A program made the position numbers and the translations under genes. From assembly GCF_041916735.1 (NCBI RefSeq), contig NZ_JAYRYY010000017.1: a stretch of DNA of 64,000 nucleotides; one strand, given 5' to 3'. Of the stretch, positions 60,012 through 64,000 are shown piece after piece. How positions within the stretch are numbered: position 1 is the stretch's first letter; each line of letters starts with the position of its first letter. Origin of the DNA: Zoogloea sp. (GTDB lineage Bacteria > Pseudomonadota > Gammaproteobacteria > Burkholderiales > Rhodocyclaceae). The notes below the pieces were generated by a model, which saw nothing but the letters and a program-made list of their open reading frames with translations, did no database searches and was not told where the DNA came from.

Positions 60012-61757
60012 TCAGGCCTCATCCCGGGAAACCTGTTCACCGCTGGCCAGCAGGCGGGCATAGGCCTCGCCACGGGCGACGAGCTCGTCGTGGGTTCCGG
60101 CCTCGACGATGCGGCCATGCTCCATGACGATGATTCGGTCGGCGTCGCGGATGGTGGACAGGCGGTGGGCGATGACGATCACGGTGCGGTTGCGGCGCAG
60201 CTCGACCAGGGCATCCTTTACCGCCCGCTCGGACTCGTTGTCGAGGGCCGAGGTGGCTTCGTCGAGCAGCAGGATGGGGGCATCGCGCAGAAAGGCCCGG
60301 GCGATGGCGATGCGCTGGCGCTGTCCCCCCGACAGCTGGCTGCCATTGGCACCAACACGCGTGGCGAGGCCCTCGGGCTGCTTGTCGATGAATTCCATGG
60401 CGTGGGCGGCGCGGGCGGCGGCGATGATGTCGGCCTCGGGCACATCCGGCCGGCCGTAGGCGATGTTGGCAGCAATCGTGTCATCGAACAGCACCACTTG
60501 CTGCCCCACCCAGCCCAATTGCTGGCGCAGGTGGGCCAGGGGCAGCGCGTCGAGTCGGGCGCCATCCAGCAGGATGCGGCCGGCGGACGGTTCGAAAAAG
60601 CGTGCGATGAGGTTGATGAGAGTGGTCTTGCCGCTGCCCGAGGCGCCCACCAGGGCCACGGTCTGGCCGGGATGCACGTCGAGGCTGAAATGGCTGAGGG
60701 CCGCTTCGGCCTGACCGGGGTAGCTGAAGCTCACGTCGTCAAAGCGCAACTCGCCGATGGCGCGGGGAAAGAGGCCGGTTGCGGTATCCACCTCGGCGGG
60801 GGTATCGAGCAGCTCGAAGATGCTCTGGGCGCCGGCCAGGCCACGCTGGATCACCGCGTTGATGTTGGTCAGGCGGCGGATGGGCTCGAAGAGCATGGAC
60901 ATGGCGGTGACGAAGGAAACGAACTCGCCGGGGCTGAGCTTGTCCTGAGCCGACAGGGAGGTCGCCGTCCAGATCACCGTGGCCACGGCTGCGGCAGCCA
61001 GCACCTGGACCAGGGGCACGTTGACGGCCGACACCCGCACGGTGCGCATGGTCTGGCTGCGCAGGCGCTCGGCCACCTCGGCAAAGCGCCGGTCCTCGTG
61101 GTCGTGGGTGCCGAAGAGCTTGATCTCGCGCACGCCGCCGAGGGTCTCCTCGACCATGCCGGTGAGGCGACCGGTGGTTTCCTGCATCTCCTGGTTGGAG
61201 CCGCGCAGCTTGCGGCTGGCCACGCGGATCAGCCAGGCCACGACGGGGGCGATGGCGACGATGACCAGGGTCAGCTCCCAGGCGGTGTAGATGAGGTAGC
61301 CGGTGAGGCCGATGATGATCAGGGTGTCCCGCACCACGATGATCCAGGCGTTGGACAGGGCCGCGCCCACCTGGGGGATGTCGTAGAGGATGCGCGACAG
61401 CATGCGTCCGCCGGTCTCGGCCTGGTGCACCGGGATGGGCAGGTGCATCTGGTGGCGGAAGACCTGCTGACGCAGGTCGGTGATGGCCTTGTTGGCGATC
61501 CACTGGCTGGAGACGTTGGCGGCGTATTCGGCCACCCCCTTGGCCAGGAAGGCCAGCATCAGAAAGAGCGGCACCTGCCACTGGGCAACGTGGTTCTTCT
61601 TGATCAGGCTCTCGTCCACCAGGGGTTTGAGCAGGGCCGGCAGCACCGGCTCCAGGGACGCCGCGGCGATCATGGCCAGCACCGACAGGGCCACCACGCT
61701 GCTGTAAGGGCGGATGGAGCCGAGCAGGCGGCGGTATAGCAGGAAGGCGCTTTTCAT
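60012..61757 (-). CDS. msbA: Lipid A export ABC transporter
   Basis: Six-TM TMD plus NBD with GASGSGKT, LSGGQRQR, LLDEATSALD; LPS cluster context. Confidence 0.92.
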   Translation of the reverse strand: MKSAFLLYRRLLGSIRPYSSVVALSVLAMIAAASLEPVLPALLKPLVDESLIKKNHVAQWQVPLFLMLAFLAKGVAEYAANVSSQWIANKAITDLRQQVFRHQMHLPIPVHQAETGGRMLSRILYDIPQVGAALSNAWIIVVRDTLIIIGLTGYLIYTAWELTLVIVAIAPVVAWLIRVASRKLRGSNQEMQETTGRLTGMVEETLGGVREIKLFGTHDHEDRRFAEVAERLRSQTMRTVRVSAVNVPLVQVLAAAAVATVIWTATSLSAQDKLSPGEFVSFVTAMSMLFEPIRRLTNINAVIQRGLAGAQSIFELLDTPAEVDTATGLFPRAIGELRFDDVSFSYPGQAEAALSHFSLDVHPGQTVALVGASGSGKTTLINLIARFFEPSAGRILLDGARLDALPLAHLRQQLGWVGQQVVLFDDTIAANIAYGRPDVPEADIIAAARAAHAMEFIDKQPEGLATRVGANGSQLSGGQRQRIAIARAFLRDAPILLLDEATSALDNESERAVKDALVELRRNRTVIVIAHRLSTIRDADRIIVMEHGRIVEAGTHDELVARGEAYARLLASGEQVSRDEA

Positions 61758-62416
61758 TCCCGGTGCAGGACCTTATCGACGATCAGGCTGGCCCAGCCTT
61801 CGGCGCGGAAGCGGTTGTGCATGTCCAGGCGGTTGTACTCGGTGTCTACCCACTCCAGAAAGCCGATGGGCGACTGGCGGTTGCGCGCCACGTAGGTGGC
61901 GAAGAAGAAATCCAGTACGCCGGTCTTGGCCTGTTTGAAGTGGCCGTACTTCCAGCCCAGCTCGGCCATGGCGGCTTCGACCGGGTGGCCCAGGTGGAGG
62001 ATGCGGTACAGCGCCGCCCCCAGCCCGGCCCGGTCGGCCCCCGACTTGCAATGCAGCAGGGCCGGGTATTCGATGGTCTTGAAGAGCGCGTCCATGGCGT
62101 GCACCTCTTCGACTTCCGGCGGGGTGCGGGAGTACAGCTTGACGTCGTGGAGGGCCAGACCGAGCTGCTCGCAGGCTTCCTTTTCCAGGGCGTAGGAGCC
62201 GTAACCGTGGGCACCGCGCAGGTTGATCACGCTGCGCAGGCCAAGCTTGTCCCGATACTTGCGGAGCTGGGCCGGGCTGGGCTGGCTGCTGCGGTACATG
62301 CCGCCACCCAGGTCGTAGAAGTTGCTGTACACGGCGCGGACGGCGCCGTGATCCACCAGATGCATGTCCAGCCAGGCACGCACACGCCCGCTGGTGGTCG
62401 AGATGTCCATGATCAT
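61754..62416 (-). CDS. Cys-dependent (CX5R) tyrosine/dual-specificity phosphatase-like protein
   Basis: YRS.QP, VINLRG, HCKSGADRAG P-loop; overlaps the hldE stop and the msbA start. Confidence 0.88.
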   Translation of the reverse strand: MIMDISTTSGRVRAWLDMHLVDHGAVRAVYSNFYDLGGGMYRSSQPSPAQLRKYRDKLGLRSVINLRGAHGYGSYALEKEACEQLGLALHDVKLYSRTPPEVEEVHAMDALFKTIEYPALLHCKSGADRAGLGAALYRILHLGHPVEAAMAELGWKYGHFKQAKTGVLDFFFATYVARNRQSPIGFLEWVDTEYNRLDMHNRFRAEGWASLIVDKVLHRE

Positions 62417-63675
62417 GGCCGGGCGGGCAGCAACAGGTGAGGCCCGATCCGGGCCAGCAGATCGGCGTGGCCGGCCGGGTCGGCACTCACCACCCAATCC
62501 ACCTGGCGCAGGGCGGCAAGCACCGCCAGGGCGTCCGCGTCCGTGTCTTCGGGTTCGACGAGGAGTATCCGGTCGGCCTGGCGGCCAGCGTGTTCGAGCC
62601 GGGCCAGCAAGGCCATGCCCGGCACGCCGACGGGGCCGAGGATGACGGCAATGCGCTCGCCGGCGGCGCGGGCCCGCTGGGTGGCCCCGATCAGTGCGTC
62701 AACGCTCATGCGCCCGCGGGCCAGGGGCGAGGGCGCGTCCATGGCGGCGTAGAGTTCATCGAGAGACGCCGTGGCGGTGCCCAGCTTGCCCACCACCACG
62801 CCCGCCGCCAGATTGGCCAGGGCAGTGGCTTCAAGCAGGCTGAGGCCGGCGGCGATGCCGCAGCCGAGGGCCGCCGACACGGTGTCGCCGGCGCCGGTCA
62901 CGTCGTATACCTCCTGTGCCCGGGTGGGCTGGTGGTGGGCCGGCTGGCCGCGCTGAAGCAGGGTTACCCCCTGTTCGCCGCGGGTCACCAGCAGAGCCTC
63001 CAGATCCAGTTCGGCGCGCAGGGCTTCGCCACGGGCGATCAGGGTGGCTTCATCGGGGCAAGGGCCGACCACCGCTTCGAATTCCGACAGGTTGGGCTTG
63101 ACCAGGGTGGCGCCGTGATACCGGGAAAAGTCCGTGCCCTTCGGGTCCACCACCACCGGTACACCCCGGGTTCGGGCCAGGGCGATGAGGGCTGGCACAT
63201 CGGTGAGGGTGCCCTTGGCATAGTCGGACAGCACCAGCACATCGACACCCTTCAGGTGGGCGGCAAGCGCATCAGCCACCCGGGGGGCGTGGCGGGCGTC
63301 GAAGCGCTCTTCAAAATCCAGGCGGATGAGCTGCTGGTGGCGCGAGATGACCCGCAGCTTGGTGATCGTCGGCGCGTCCGCAAGACACTCGAAGGCACAG
63401 GCCACCCCTCGGGCGGTCAGGCTCTCGCCAAGCAGGCGGCCGGCCTCGTCGTCGCCGATCAGGCCGATGACCTGAGCCTGCGCACCCAGGGAGGCGGCAT
63501 TGAGGGCCACGTTGCCGGCACCTCCGGCACGTACTTCGTCATTCTTCACCTGCACCACTGGTACCGGCGCTTCCGGCGAGATCCGGGCCGTTGCCCCGTG
63601 CCAGTAGCGATCAAGCATCACATCGCCGCACACGAGCACACGGCAGGCGGAGAAGTCCGGCAGGGAAAAATGCAT
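62413..63675 (-). CDS. hldE: Heptose-7-phosphate kinase HldE/RfaE with a degenerate C-terminal adenylyltransferase domain
   Basis: GD.MLD.YW.G...RISPEAPVPV, GGAGNVA.N, LSDY.KG, KPN..EFE, DVTGAGDTV; the C-terminal domain lacks GCFDILH.GH. Confidence 0.9.
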   Translation of the reverse strand: MHFSLPDFSACRVLVCGDVMLDRYWHGATARISPEAPVPVVQVKNDEVRAGGAGNVALNAASLGAQAQVIGLIGDDEAGRLLGESLTARGVACAFECLADAPTITKLRVISRHQQLIRLDFEERFDARHAPRVADALAAHLKGVDVLVLSDYAKGTLTDVPALIALARTRGVPVVVDPKGTDFSRYHGATLVKPNLSEFEAVVGPCPDEATLIARGEALRAELDLEALLVTRGEQGVTLLQRGQPAHHQPTRAQEVYDVTGAGDTVSAALGCGIAAGLSLLEATALANLAAGVVVGKLGTATASLDELYAAMDAPSPLARGRMSVDALIGATQRARAAGERIAVILGPVGVPGMALLARLEHAGRQADRILLVEPEDTDADALAVLAALRQVDWVVSADPAGHADLLARIGPHLLLPARP

Positions 63676-63870
63676 GCGCAGGCAGGCACCCGCAAAGCCG
63701 GGTGCTGGAGAAATAAAGGCCGGATTATCGCATCAAGGGTGGAGGGTCGCGAAGGGGCGTTCCGAGATGTGTTCAGATCACCGTGCCGCCCGGGAGATGG
63801 GGTACGGCTTGCGGGGTATCCGGGCCTCGTCGCATACTGGGCAGGTCGTAGCTATCGGGAGGATCCTGTG

Positions 63871-64000
63871 ATGCGTGACCACTCACCGGCGCATGGAAGA
63901 GAGGTGGAGCCGGATGAAGACCTGCCGGAATCTTTCGGTGGGCTGGTGCGCTACGAGCGACATGTGCCTATCCACCAGGTGTCCTATTACCTGTGTGGTG
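63871..64000 (+). CDS. Probable CDS start running off the window edge (function not assignable)
   Basis: GGAGG RBS; open frame MRDHSPAHGREVEPDEDLPESFGGLVRYERHVPIHQVSYYLCG to the end of the window. Confidence 0.45.
   Translation, partial: MRDHSPAHGREVEPDEDLPESFGGLVRYERHVPIHQVSYYLCG

Noticed and set aside
63790-63815. GG-N10-GC sigma54-like site before the terminal ORF
   Set aside because: The -24 element is poor (TGGGGT) and chance matches are frequent at this GC content.

Overview
High-GC betaproteobacterial chromosomal window; Rhodocyclales-like (Zoogloea/Thauera/Azoarcus type) is inferred from gene content (PEP-CTERM gene, heme d1 genes, cob salvage), not proven. In order, it holds: (1) an ECF sigma / ChrR-like cupin module with a divergent DUF3034 gene, a Tat-exported ferritin-like protein and a cytochrome c, each unit preceded by the same TGCATCC-N16-CGTA promoter; (2) a cobalamin-riboswitch btuB-btuC-btuD-cobO unit and a cobU-(I42 inhibitor-like)-cobT-cobS-cobC salvage unit; (3) a NERD nuclease-helicase fusion, creA and a REC-histidine kinase; (4) denitrification/NO genes nirJ-nirN, DUF2249, dnr and nnrS with DNR/FNR boxes; (5) PAS-GGDEF-EAL, terC-srkA, a HAD protein, fabI, an atypical small kinase and a sigma54-type PEP-CTERM lectin; (6) rdgC, an uncharacterised membrane protein-lipoprotein-wHTH operon with tandem palindromic operators, bluB, dbpA, a J-like protein and a MacAB-like exporter; (7) pxpBCA-gdh, a CorA/ZntB transporter and a ~500-bp inverted REP-like doublet; (8) a ~15-kb LPS core/surface-glycan cluster with duplicated deacetylases, a sialyl/Kdo-transferase-like GT, msbA, a CX5R phosphatase and hldE with a decayed adenylyltransferase domain. 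No rRNA, tRNA, CRISPR array or transposase was recognised. All family assignments are by-eye motif recognition; no database searches were run.
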